NCBI GenBank assembly: GCA_963676565.1
Contig: OY781089.1
Span: 1,248,001 to 1,312,000, forward strand
Length of the DNA: 64,000 nt
DNA from: Halarcobacter sp.
GTDB taxonomy: Bacteria > Campylobacterota > Campylobacteria > Campylobacterales > Arcobacteraceae
Direction of reading: 5' to 3'
The notes under the pieces are model-generated. The model was not told the DNA's origin. It worked only from the letters and a program-made list of their open reading frames with translations, and ran no database searches. Shown piece after piece: positions 30,029 through 41,259 of this stretch (the first letter of the stretch is position 1; every line of letters starts with the position of its first letter). Made by a program: the position numbers and the translations under genes.

Positions 30029-31402
30029 ATGGCTTCAGTTGATAAAAAGCTTTTAAAAAGATTAACTGTTCTTTATGTTGAAGATGATGATAACGTAAGG
30101 AATGAGCTAACAAAACTTTTATCAAGCTTTTTTAATAAAATTTATACTGCTTGTGATGGTAAAGAGGGGTTATCTTTATATAGTGAAAAAAAAGATGAAA
30201 TCGATATTATCATAGCTGATATAAATATGCCTAAACTAACAGGTATAGAGATGCTTGAAGAGATTAGGAAAGTCAATAAATCTATTCCTGTAATTTTCAC
30301 AACAGCATATTCTGACACTAAGTTTTTAGTTGATTCAATAAAATTGAAAGTATTTGAATACATCATAAAACCAATAGATATAAGACTTTTGATAACTGTA
30401 TTAGGTGAACTTGCTACAATACTTTATCATGAGTTTTTATTAAAACAACAAAATAAAGAGTTGAAAAAGTATAAAGATATTATTTATAATAATAATATAG
30501 TAATAAGAACAAATAAAAATCTTAAAATTTCATTTGTTAATGATTTATTTATTGAAATAACAGGTTTTGATAAAAAAGAGTTAATAGGAAAAGATTTATT
30601 TTATCTAAAGCATAAAGATTTAGATGAAGATGTTTATAAAAAGATATACAATAGTGTTTATAACAATAAACAATGGAATGGTATTTTAAAAAATATTACA
30701 AAAGATGGAAACTATTATATTGCAAATAGTTCAGTTATTACAACTTTGGATGACACAGGAGTTATGACTGGATGTTTAGTGATACAAAAAGATGAGACAA
30801 AAGAGGCTTTAAAAAGAAGAGAAGTTCAAACCTCATTAATCAGAGATAAAAGTGAGATTTTTAAAAGAAGTAAAGAAACTGCAACATCCCTTGAGCAAAA
30901 AATTAATATCTTAGAAGAAGAGATTAAGATATTAGAAACAAAAATAGAGAATGAACAAACTGAAAAAAATAAATATATTAGTACTTCTGACATCTATTCA
31001 AAAGAGAATAGAAAATTAAGATCAGAACTAGCACTTTATAAAAAAGATTTAGATGAAACTAAAAATTTTCATAAAGATAAACAAAAATATGTAAAACAAA
31101 TAAGTGATTTAAAAGTTGAAGTGAAAAGATTATCAACAAAACTTGAAACAATAGAAGAAGAACATCAAAAGTATCTTAAACAACTAAGACTTAATTATGA
31201 TATTAAAATTGATGATTTAGAAAAAGAACTTAGAAGAACTACAGATAAATACGATGATTTAGAAAACGCTGAAGCAATATCTCAAAAGTTGATTTATTGG
31301 AAAGAAAAAGCAAAAAGTGAAGCTAAGAGGGCTGAAAAACTTGAAAGGGATATTTTAACCCATGGGGATAAAACAATTCTTTCAAAACTATTTGGAAAGT
31401 AA
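30029..31402 (+). CDS. Response regulator with PAS and long coiled coil
   Basis: Receiver (VEDD, DINMP, KP), PAS (FVN..F..ITG...W.G..KN..KDG), heptad-rich C-terminus. Confidence 0.82.
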   Translation: MASVDKKLLKRLTVLYVEDDDNVRNELTKLLSSFFNKIYTACDGKEGLSLYSEKKDEIDIIIADINMPKLTGIEMLEEIRKVNKSIPVIFTTAYSDTKFLVDSIKLKVFEYIIKPIDIRLLITVLGELATILYHEFLLKQQNKELKKYKDIIYNNNIVIRTNKNLKISFVNDLFIEITGFDKKELIGKDLFYLKHKDLDEDVYKKIYNSVYNNKQWNGILKNITKDGNYYIANSSVITTLDDTGVMTGCLVIQKDETKEALKRREVQTSLIRDKSEIFKRSKETATSLEQKINILEEEIKILETKIENEQTEKNKYISTSDIYSKENRKLRSELALYKKDLDETKNFHKDKQKYVKQISDLKVEVKRLSTKLETIEEEHQKYLKQLRLNYDIKIDDLEKELRRTTDKYDDLENAEAISQKLIYWKEKAKSEAKRAEKLERDILTHGDKTILSKLFGK

Positions 31403-31418
31403 AAACTTTCCAAATAAC

Positions 31419-31949
31419 TTACTTAATAGTTATAGAAATAATCTTTTGATCATTTAATGGTCTGTTCCCCTGGTACTGGCTTGTAGTTGGAACATTTTCA
31501 ATTTTTTTAACTATATCCATACCTTTTTTTACATATCCAAAAATTGTATGTCTACCATTTAACCAGTATGTTGCAACAGTTGTTATAAAAAATTGACTTC
31601 CATTTGTATTTGGACCTGCATTAGCCATTGCTAATATTCCAGGCTTATCAAATACTGCATTAGGAGCGAATTCGTCTTCAAATGCTTTACCCCAAATAGA
31701 TTCTCCACCTCTTCCTGTTCCCGTTGGATCTCCACCTTGGATCATAAAGTTTTTAATAACTCTATGGAAAATTAGTCCATTGTAATAACCATTTTTTGCA
31801 TGAGTTACAAAATTCTCCACTGCTTTAGGTGCAATATCTGGCCTTAATTCAATTTCAATTTCACCTTGCTTCGTTTTTAACACAGCAATTGGATTTGCTG
31901 CTTCTAAAAGTAACACTAAGCTGAAAAAAAGAAATAAAATCTTTTTCAT
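31419..31949 (-). CDS. Cyclophilin-type peptidyl-prolyl isomerase
   Basis: [29 protein letters not shown]; signal peptide. Confidence 0.95.
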   Translation of the reverse strand: MKKILFLFFSLVLLLEAANPIAVLKTKQGEIEIELRPDIAPKAVENFVTHAKNGYYNGLIFHRVIKNFMIQGGDPTGTGRGGESIWGKAFEDEFAPNAVFDKPGILAMANAGPNTNGSQFFITTVATYWLNGRHTIFGYVKKGMDIVKKIENVPTTSQYQGNRPLNDQKIISITIK

Positions 31950-32100
31950 TTTTAACCTTTCTATATGATTTATTTAGAAGAATTAGTATATTATGTAAGG
32001 TGTTAAAGATTTATTAAAAATCTATTTTTAGATACCTTTAAAAAATATTTGATAAAATCGCAACATAATTTACAAAAGCAAACTATAATAAAGGACTTTT

Positions 32101-32463
32101 ATGGAAATGCCAGCAATTCCACAACCAACGTTTTACATTTTTAAATGTGAACAAAGTGCTCCTCCGGGTATGCCAAAACCTTCATGTGTAACTGATGAAT
32201 CAAGGGATTTATTTAACCATTTAGCACAATCAATGATGCAAAAAGGTTTAATGGGACCAGTTCAACCAATCAGAACATCATGTTTAGGAAGATGCCAAAT
32301 GGGACCTGTAATGTTAGTTGAGCCTGGACATCATATGTATTGTAAATTATCTAAGGAAAAAATAGATAAAATTGTGGAAGAACACATAATTGGGGGCAAC
32401 CCTGTACAGGAATATTTAATACCTGAACAATTCTGGGGAGAGCCTATTAATTTAGCGCAATAG
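32101..32463 (+). CDS. Thioredoxin-like [2Fe-2S] ferredoxin
   Basis: C...C...TSCLGRC..GP motif. Confidence 0.85.
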   Translation: MEMPAIPQPTFYIFKCEQSAPPGMPKPSCVTDESRDLFNHLAQSMMQKGLMGPVQPIRTSCLGRCQMGPVMLVEPGHHMYCKLSKEKIDKIVEEHIIGGNPVQEYLIPEQFWGEPINLAQ

Positions 32464-32472
32464 AGGACGTTA

Positions 32473-32859
32473 TTGATGACATTTGATATGCTTTATAGCA
32501 AAATTCATAGAGCAACTGTTACAGATGCAAATTTAAACTATGTTGGTTCAATTACTATTGATGAAGATTTAATGAAAGCTTCAAAATTAAGAGTTGGACA
32601 AAAAGTTGAAATTGTAAATGTAAACAATGGGGAAAGATTTGCTACTTACGTTATAAAAGGGAAAGCTGGTAGCAAAGATATGTGCCTAAATGGTGCTGCT
32701 GCAAGAAAAGTAGAAATTGGTGATAAGATTATTGTTATTTCATATGCTTCATATTCTGAAGAGGAGTTGGAAAACTATTTACCAACAGTTGTAATTGTTG
32801 ATGAAAAGAATAATATAGAAACAATTACAAATGAATTAGTAGGAAGTGATCATGTTTGA
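32473..32859 (+). CDS. panD: Aspartate 1-decarboxylase
   Basis: [16 protein letters not shown] cleavage site, NGAAAR. Confidence 0.96.
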   Translation: MMTFDMLYSKIHRATVTDANLNYVGSITIDEDLMKASKLRVGQKVEIVNVNNGERFATYVIKGKAGSKDMCLNGAAARKVEIGDKIIVISYASYSEEELENYLPTVVIVDEKNNIETITNELVGSDHV

Positions 32860-33172
32860 TGGAATAGACTTAAGTAAGATAGACCTAAATCAAGTTATGG
32901 GACAAGTTCAAGAAATGGCTGAAAAGGCAAAAGAGGAAAATGCCCAAAAACTTTTCACTGCAAAAGCTGGTGGAGGAATGGTTGAAATATCTATAAATGG
33001 AAATTCTGAAGTTGTTGATTTACAAATTGATGACTCACTTTTAGATGATAAAGACTCTTTACAAATATTACTTATTTCTTGCATGAATGATGTAATTAAG
33101 CAGTCTGATGAGAACAAGAAAATGATGGCCATGAATATGATGGGTGGTTTTGGTTCTTTTGGACAAAAATAA
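32852..33172 (+). CDS. YbaB/EbfC nucleoid-associated protein
   Basis: AGGGMV...NG...V..L.ID; start moved to ATG 32852 behind AGGAAG. Confidence 0.9.
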   Translation: MFDGIDLSKIDLNQVMGQVQEMAEKAKEENAQKLFTAKAGGGMVEISINGNSEVVDLQIDDSLLDDKDSLQILLISCMNDVIKQSDENKKMMAMNMMGGFGSFGQK

Positions 33173-33175
33173 AAA

Positions 33176-34042
33176 ATGGAAAAACTTTTAAAAAGATTTG
33201 AAGATTATCTTCTTGATAATCTTCCTGTTTCAAAAACTTTTCACCCTTATTTTGAAGATGCTTTAGCTGATATGCTAAAAGCTGGTGGTAAAAGATTTAG
33301 ACCAATGCTTTTACTTTCTGTTTTAAAATCTAAGAAATCTTTACTTATTCCTAATGCTATGCCTGTAGCACTTGGAATAGAGATGTTACATACTTATTCT
33401 TTAGTTCATGATGATTTACCTGCAATGGATGATGCAGACCTTAGACGAGGGTTTCAAACTTTACATAAAAAATATGATGAAGTTACGGCTATTTTAGTTG
33501 GTGATGCACTTAATTCAGAAGCTTTTAATTTAGTGGCTTCTGCACCTTTACATAATGATATAAAAATTGAATTAGTTAAATGTTTATCAACTAATGGTGG
33601 AATTGATGGAATGATTATTGGTCAAGCAATTGACTGCTATTTTGAAAATCAAAAATTGGAATTAAAGCAATTGGAGTTTTTACATATTCATAAAACTGCA
33701 AAACTGATTGCTGCAAGTCTAAAAATGGGTGCAATTATTGCTGAATATGATTTAGCAACACAAGAAAAACTTTTTAATTTTGGAATAGATATAGGATTAT
33801 TATTTCAAATACAAGACGATATTATTGACGAAACACAGTCTTCAGAAGAAGCTGGAAAAACAACTCAAAATGATGAATCTAAAAATTCATTTGTAAATCT
33901 GCTTGGTCTTGATGGAGCAATTAAAGCAGCTGATGATTTAGCAAATAAGTGTGAAGAGCAGTTAAATAGTTTAGATGAAAATTTAAAAAATTCATTATCT
34001 GAATTACTTTTAATATATATTTCAAGACATAAAAAGCAATAA
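33176..34042 (+). CDS. ispA: Geranyltranstransferase (FPP synthase)
   Basis: GGKRFRP, HDDLPAMDD..LRRG, FQIQDD. Confidence 0.93.
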   Translation: MEKLLKRFEDYLLDNLPVSKTFHPYFEDALADMLKAGGKRFRPMLLLSVLKSKKSLLIPNAMPVALGIEMLHTYSLVHDDLPAMDDADLRRGFQTLHKKYDEVTAILVGDALNSEAFNLVASAPLHNDIKIELVKCLSTNGGIDGMIIGQAIDCYFENQKLELKQLEFLHIHKTAKLIAASLKMGAIIAEYDLATQEKLFNFGIDIGLLFQIQDDIIDETQSSEEAGKTTQNDESKNSFVNLLGLDGAIKAADDLANKCEEQLNSLDENLKNSLSELLLIYISRHKKQ

Positions 34043-34051
34043 AAAGCAAAA

Positions 34052-34072
34052 CTTTAGTCAAATTAACTCACA
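34052..34072 (+). promoter_or_regulatory. HAIR-like (HspR) operator
   Basis: CTTTAGT-N7-ACTCACA versus consensus CTTGAGT-N7-ACTCAAG. Confidence 0.5.
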
Positions 34073-34076
34073 CTAC

Positions 34077-34105
34077 TTGACATTTAATCAAATTTTTTTT
34101 ATAAT
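34077..34105 (+). promoter_or_regulatory. Sigma70 promoter of groESL
   Basis: TTGACA-17 bp-TATAAT. Confidence 0.85.
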
Positions 34106-34132
34106 TTGGCACTCTAAAAAAATGAGTGCTAA
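34106..34132 (+). promoter_or_regulatory. CIRCE element (HrcA operator)
   Basis: TTGGCACTC-N9-GAGTGCTAA, one mismatch to TTAGCACTC-N9-GAGTGCTAA. Confidence 0.9.
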
Positions 34133-34174
34133 AATTTAATAAATATAATAACAAAAATTTATAGGAGAATAGAA

Positions 34175-36063
<1,889 letters not shown>

Positions 36064-36186
36064 GTTAGGGTAAAGAAAACGTGAATAGTTTCACGTTTTA
36101 CCTAACGCAGACTAATGTGATGTGCGTAAGCACCACCGTGTCCGAAAAAATCTGTTAAAAAAACGTGACATGTGTCACGTTTTTTA
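36064..36186 (+). other. Multi-hairpin structured element downstream of groEL (includes probable terminator)
   Basis: AAAACGTGAA-tagt-TTCACGTTTT; GTGC-GTAA-GCAC; AAAAAACGTGAC-atgt-GTCACGTTTTTT. Confidence 0.65.
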
Positions 36187-36314
36187 CTTTCTTAGTCATA
36201 TAATAAACTACTTTTTTTCTAAAATATAATAAATCAATTAAGTGCAATTTCAAACCTAAATTACAAAATGTAATATTTTCTTTAATTTTTAATTTATTCA
36301 GTTAATATACGCCT

Positions 36315-38132
36315 ATGAATTTAACAAAACAACAAAATGAAATAATAGAAGCAATTCCAAAATATAAAAATATAAAAATTAATGCCTTTGCAGGAACTGG
36401 TAAAACAACAACTTTAAAACTTATTGCAAATAAATATAAAGAAAAAAAGATTTTATATTTGGCATTTAATTCAAGTATTAAAAATGAAGCTAGTAAAATC
36501 TTTCCATCAAATAGTTATGTTAAAACTACCCATGGCTTAGCATATTCTGCAGTGAGTAAATATACAGATATAGACTTATCCACATTAGTAAATTATAGAG
36601 CAATTGATATTTCAAAAGAGTTTAAAATAAACTACAATCAAGCAATTAGTGCCTTAAAGATATTTGAGAACTTTTGTAATAACAAACATGATACCATTGA
36701 AAAAGATGATATTGAACATAAAACTGCAAAAAAGATGTTTGATAATATGTTGCTTGGTATTATGAAGCCAAGTCATAGTTTTTATTTAAAATATTATTAC
36801 TTATTGCTGAAAAATGAGCAGATTCCTCAATTTCAATATGATATTTTAATGTTAGATGAAGCCCAAGATACAAATGAAGTAACATTAGGAATTTTTGAAA
36901 ACCTTTATGCAAAAACAAAAATTTTTGTTGGTGATAAACATCAACAAATTTACTCATTTAGAGGTAGTAAAAATGCCCTTGAAAAAATAGATTGTGATGT
37001 AGAGTTTTATTTATCAACAAGTTTTAGGTTTAATGAATCAATTTGTGAATATGCAAATACTCTTTTAGATAATTTCAAAGGTGAAGAGGTAAAAATAGAT
37101 TCAATTGGTGATAATACAGATATTAATATAAAATCAAGTGGATATATTTCAAGAACAAATGCTTCTTTAATTTCAATAATTGCAAAAAGAATTGAAACAA
37201 GAAAACCCTTTGTAACAGTAAGAAACCCAGAGGAAATTTTTAACCTTACAATTGAAGTTTATTATTTTTTGAATAACGATTCTAATTCAATAAAAAGGAA
37301 TAGATTTTTAAAAGATTTTTCAAGTGAAGATGATTTGAGTGATTATGCTAAAGAGGCTGAAGATTTTGAATTAAAAGCTGCTATAAAGGTTGCAAAGGAA
37401 TATAAAGAAAATATTTTTCATTTTAAAGATATTGCAACAAAGTTTTATAAAGCCTGGCAAAACAAAGAGTTAAATGGTTTTGAAAAAAGAGTAGAGGAGA
37501 TTTTATTTTTAACTACAGCTCATACAAGTAAAGGTCTAGAATGGGATAAAGTGTTTATTGCAGATGATTTTAATGATTTTGCTGATTTAATTTTAGATAT
37601 GGGATTTACTTCATTAGAAGAGTTTAAAAAAGAGCAAAAGAAAAATTCAAAGTTGGAACTTCTTGACGAATTTAATCTCTTTTATGTAGCAATTACAAGG
37701 GCAAGAAAAGTTTTAGTAAAAGATAGTGAAAACTTCCATTATCTTATGTCAAAAAATATAGAAAAATTAATTAATAGTAGAATTAGTGAATTAAATGAAA
37801 ACATTGAATCTAATTTAAAAGATAAAAAAACAAATTTCAGGAAAATGGATCAAGAAGAAAAAAATGAACTTAGAAAAGAGAAAAATTTAAAAGAGGGTAA
37901 AGCAAAAAAAAGTGGCTTTAAATGGACTCTAGAAGAGAAAATAAAAGTGAAAAGTTTATATAAAAAAGATGAAACTATAAACAATATTGCAAATAAACTT
38001 GATAGAAGTACAAGTTCTATCTTAGGTGAATTATTAAAAAGTGAAGTTATTACCAAAGATGAACAAATAAACTTATCAAAAATTATAAAAAATGGGAAAA
38101 TCGCAAAAAGAAGTGCTTTAGTATTTCTTTAA
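36315..38132 (+). CDS. UvrD/SF1-like helicase
   Basis: AFAGTGKT, LAFN, LDEAQD, VGD.HQQIY.FRG, SFRF, TAHTSKGLEW, YVAITRA. Confidence 0.9.
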   Translation: MNLTKQQNEIIEAIPKYKNIKINAFAGTGKTTTLKLIANKYKEKKILYLAFNSSIKNEASKIFPSNSYVKTTHGLAYSAVSKYTDIDLSTLVNYRAIDISKEFKINYNQAISALKIFENFCNNKHDTIEKDDIEHKTAKKMFDNMLLGIMKPSHSFYLKYYYLLLKNEQIPQFQYDILMLDEAQDTNEVTLGIFENLYAKTKIFVGDKHQQIYSFRGSKNALEKIDCDVEFYLSTSFRFNESICEYANTLLDNFKGEEVKIDSIGDNTDINIKSSGYISRTNASLISIIAKRIETRKPFVTVRNPEEIFNLTIEVYYFLNNDSNSIKRNRFLKDFSSEDDLSDYAKEAEDFELKAAIKVAKEYKENIFHFKDIATKFYKAWQNKELNGFEKRVEEILFLTTAHTSKGLEWDKVFIADDFNDFADLILDMGFTSLEEFKKEQKKNSKLELLDEFNLFYVAITRARKVLVKDSENFHYLMSKNIEKLINSRISELNENIESNLKDKKTNFRKMDQEEKNELRKEKNLKEGKAKKSGFKWTLEEKIKVKSLYKKDETINNIANKLDRSTSSILGELLKSEVITKDEQINLSKIIKNGKIAKRSALVFL

Positions 38133-38138
38133 GGCATT

Positions 38139-38178
38139 AAAAAAGGGAAGTTGATTTCAAACCATCTTCCCTTTTTTT
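38139..38178. terminator. Bidirectional intrinsic terminator
   Basis: AAAAAGGGAAG...CTTCCCTTTTTTT. Confidence 0.75.
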
Positions 38179-38237
38179 ATATAAATTGTAAATAAACTTT
38201 CATTTACAAATTTACTTTGTAGTAAATTATTGTTTAT

Positions 38238-38276
38238 CTAAATGTTAACAATAAAAAGTAGTGAATCGTTTGTCAT
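38238..38276 (-). CDS. Putative 12-aa small ORF MTNDSLLFIVNI
   Basis: GGAGGTG RBS at 38280-38286, TATAAT at 38306-38311 on minus strand, terminator downstream. Confidence 0.5.
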   Translation of the reverse strand: MTNDSLLFIVNI

Positions 38277-38396
38277 TGACACCTCCACTAAATGTTCTTA
38301 AAAGTATTATACTCCTTTTTAAAATTAAATTTCAATTAAATTTATCTATTTTCTAAACAAATTTCAATATAATTTCAAAAAAATTAGGTTTTAGCA

Positions 38397-39173
38397 ATGA
38401 TAGATAGATTAAAAGATATAGTTAAAGAGGCTGGTGAGATACTAAAAGAAGGGTACTTTTCAACAAAAGAGATAAGTTTTAAAGCAAAAAAAGATTTAGT
38501 AACAAAATATGATGTAGGTATTGAAAATTTTTTAAAAGAAAAGTTCTCAAATGAGTTTAAAGAGTTCAATTTAATAGCAGAAGAATCAGATAATAGTGAT
38601 ATAAAGTTTAATAATTCAATAATTATAGACCCAATTGATGGTACAACTAATTTTGTAAATGGTGTGCCACACACTGCAATATCTGTTGGAGTATATAAAG
38701 ATAAAAAACCTTTTTATGGAATTGTTTATAATCCTATTTTAAATGAATTATATGAAGCCCAAGTTGAAAAAGGTGCTTTTTTAAATGGAAAGAAAATTGA
38801 AGTTTCAAAGGAAAATGATTTTCAAAAGGCTTTAATTGCAACGGGCTTTCCATATACAAGTGGAACAAATCAAGATGATTTAGATTCTGTTTTAACAATG
38901 ATGAAAAATGTTTTACCAAATTGCCAAGATATAAGAAGGTTAGGTTCAGCTTCACTTGATTTGTGTTATGTGGCAAAGGGTGTATTTGATTCTTATTATG
39001 AGATGAATTTAAAGCCTTGGGATGTAAGTGCAGGAATTATAATTTTAAGTGAAGCAGGTGGAGAGTTTACAAATGAAAAAGGTGAGCCTTATTCACTTTT
39101 TGATGATAAATATATCGTTGCTACAAATGGCTTTTTGCAAGATAAGCTAATAAGTATTTTAGAAGCAAAGTAA
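38397..39173 (+). CDS. suhB: Inositol monophosphatase family protein
   Basis: DLVT..D, AEE, IDPIDGTTNF, RRLGSA.LD, WDV.AG. Confidence 0.9.
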   Translation: MIDRLKDIVKEAGEILKEGYFSTKEISFKAKKDLVTKYDVGIENFLKEKFSNEFKEFNLIAEESDNSDIKFNNSIIIDPIDGTTNFVNGVPHTAISVGVYKDKKPFYGIVYNPILNELYEAQVEKGAFLNGKKIEVSKENDFQKALIATGFPYTSGTNQDDLDSVLTMMKNVLPNCQDIRRLGSASLDLCYVAKGVFDSYYEMNLKPWDVSAGIIILSEAGGEFTNEKGEPYSLFDDKYIVATNGFLQDKLISILEAK

Positions 39174-39233
39174 ACTCATAAGATATTTTTAGTTAAAATA
39201 TCCAATCAAAAAAAGAACTGTAAGGGTTGATTA

Positions 39234-41039
39234 ATGTGTGGAATAGTTGGTTATATAGGTAAAAACGATACTACGAAGTTTTTACTAGATGGGTTAAAGG
39301 AGTTAGAATATAGAGGTTATGACTCTGCTGGTATTGCTCTTTTAAATTGTGATAAAATTGATGTTTTTAAAGCACTTGGAAAATTAGATAATTTAAAAAA
39401 TAAAATAGATAGTGCTAAACTTTCACCTTCATATGATATTGGTATTGGTCACACTAGATGGGCAACACACGGAAAACCAACAGAATTAAATGCCCACCCA
39501 CACCTTGGTGAATACTCTTATGTTGTTCACAATGGTATTATTGAAAACTACAAAGAGTTAAAAGATGAATTAATTAATAAAGGGCATAATTTTGTGTCTC
39601 AAACAGATACAGAAGTTATAGTTCATCTTTTTGAAAACTATAATAATGAATTTGAAAATTGTGAAGAAGCTTTTAAAACTACAATCTCAAGATTAGAAGG
39701 GGCTTTCTCTATCCTTTTAATCTCAAAAGCAGACCCTGAAAAAATATTTTTCTTTAAACATGGAAGCCCCTTAATTATTGCAAAGGGTTATGAAGATGGT
39801 GAGGTTTTATTTGCCTCTTCAGATGCTCCATTAATTGGTCTAGCAAATGATGTTGTTTATTTAGAAGATGGAGTTGGTGGAATTGCAACTTCAAGTGGGA
39901 TTACTTTTTTAAATGACAATTATTCATGGTCAACTTTACCAACATCAAAACAGTTTGCTCAAAAAGATGGCTTTAGATTTTTTATGGAAAAAGAGATTTA
40001 CGAGCAAAGTGATGTTGTAAGTGATTGTATGTTAGGGCGTTTAAAGGATGAAGAGATTTTATTTGATGAGATTGATAAATCTTTAATTGATGGAATCAAA
40101 GAAATTAAAATTTGTGCTTGTGGGACATCATACCACGCAGGACTTACCTCTTCATATCTTTTTGAAAGATTATCAAAAGTTAAGTGTAATGTAGAGATTG
40201 CAAGTGAATTTAGATATAAAGATCCACTTTTAACTAAAGACACTTTATTTATAGTTATCTCTCAAAGTGGTGAAACAGCTGACACTTTAGAAGCTTTAAA
40301 GATGGCTAAAAATGCAGGATTGAAATCACTTGTTATTTGTAATGTTGATAATTCTTCTATGACAAGAACAGCAAATAATACGATTTTAACAAGAGCAGGA
40401 ATTGAAAAAGGTGTTGCTTCAACAAAAGCATTTTCAACTCAAACCGTAGTATTATGGATGTTGGCTTTATATTTTGCAAAAGCAAAAAATGTTATTTCAA
40501 AAGAGAAATTACAAAGTGAGATACATGCACTAAGAGAGGTTCCAAAATCTTTAAAGGTTTTAGATAAGGTACATGAAAAAACAAGAAGACTTTCAAAAAG
40601 ATATCTTCATGGCCATGGATTTTTCTTTATTGGACGAGATGTATTTTTCCCACTTGCTTTAGAAGGTGCATTAAAACTAAAAGAGATTTCATATTTACAT
40701 GCAGAAGGTTATCCTGCTGGTGAAATGAAACATGGTCCAATTGCCCTTGCTGACCCAGAGTTATTTACAATTGCATTGATGCCTGAAAATTTACTATATG
40801 ATAAAATTAAATCAAATGTGGAAGAGCTAAGTGCTAGAGACAGTACTATTTGTGCTATCTCTCCGCTTGATTTTGATCTTGCAGATGATTTTGTAAAAAC
40901 ATGTAAAACAGACCACTATATGCTTGAATTTTTTGAGATGTTAGTGGTTCTACAACTTCTTTCTATGGAGATATCAATTAGACTTGGAAATGATGTTGAT
41001 ATGCCTAGAAACTTAGCTAAAAGTGTTACTGTTGAATAG
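39234..41039 (+). CDS. glmS: Glutamine--fructose-6-phosphate aminotransferase
   Basis: MCGIVG, LEYRGYDSAG, GHTRWATHG, PRNLAKSVTVE. Confidence 0.98.
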   Translation: MCGIVGYIGKNDTTKFLLDGLKELEYRGYDSAGIALLNCDKIDVFKALGKLDNLKNKIDSAKLSPSYDIGIGHTRWATHGKPTELNAHPHLGEYSYVVHNGIIENYKELKDELINKGHNFVSQTDTEVIVHLFENYNNEFENCEEAFKTTISRLEGAFSILLISKADPEKIFFFKHGSPLIIAKGYEDGEVLFASSDAPLIGLANDVVYLEDGVGGIATSSGITFLNDNYSWSTLPTSKQFAQKDGFRFFMEKEIYEQSDVVSDCMLGRLKDEEILFDEIDKSLIDGIKEIKICACGTSYHAGLTSSYLFERLSKVKCNVEIASEFRYKDPLLTKDTLFIVISQSGETADTLEALKMAKNAGLKSLVICNVDNSSMTRTANNTILTRAGIEKGVASTKAFSTQTVVLWMLALYFAKAKNVISKEKLQSEIHALREVPKSLKVLDKVHEKTRRLSKRYLHGHGFFFIGRDVFFPLALEGALKLKEISYLHAEGYPAGEMKHGPIALADPELFTIALMPENLLYDKIKSNVEELSARDSTICAISPLDFDLADDFVKTCKTDHYMLEFFEMLVVLQLLSMEISIRLGNDVDMPRNLAKSVTVE

Positions 41040-41168
41040 TAACACTTAGTTTTTACTTTTCAAATTACTAAAAGAATAATTTAGATAAAATATGCGCTAC
41101 TTTTTTGCAATTTTGTAGAAGAGTATTCAAACTTTTATTTTTTATTAATTTTTTAACTTATTTTTAGT

Positions 41169-41259
41169 TGGAAAACGAAGATGGAAAACAAAGGAATGGA
41201 AAACAATAAGGTTAAAAGACCTTTGGAAAACAAAAGGATGGAAAACAAAAATGGAAAAC
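41169..41259 (+). repeat. Six TGGAAAAC direct repeats in metK leader
   Basis: Copies at 41169, 41182, 41197, 41224, 41239, 41252; the last overlaps the metK start. Confidence 0.9.

Noticed and set aside
39174..39233. glmS ribozyme
   Set aside because: The intergenic region is only 60 bp and has no matching structure.
41169..41259. metK repeats as a CRISPR array
   Set aside because: Repeats are 8 bp with 5-19 bp gaps, far too short, and there are no cas genes.
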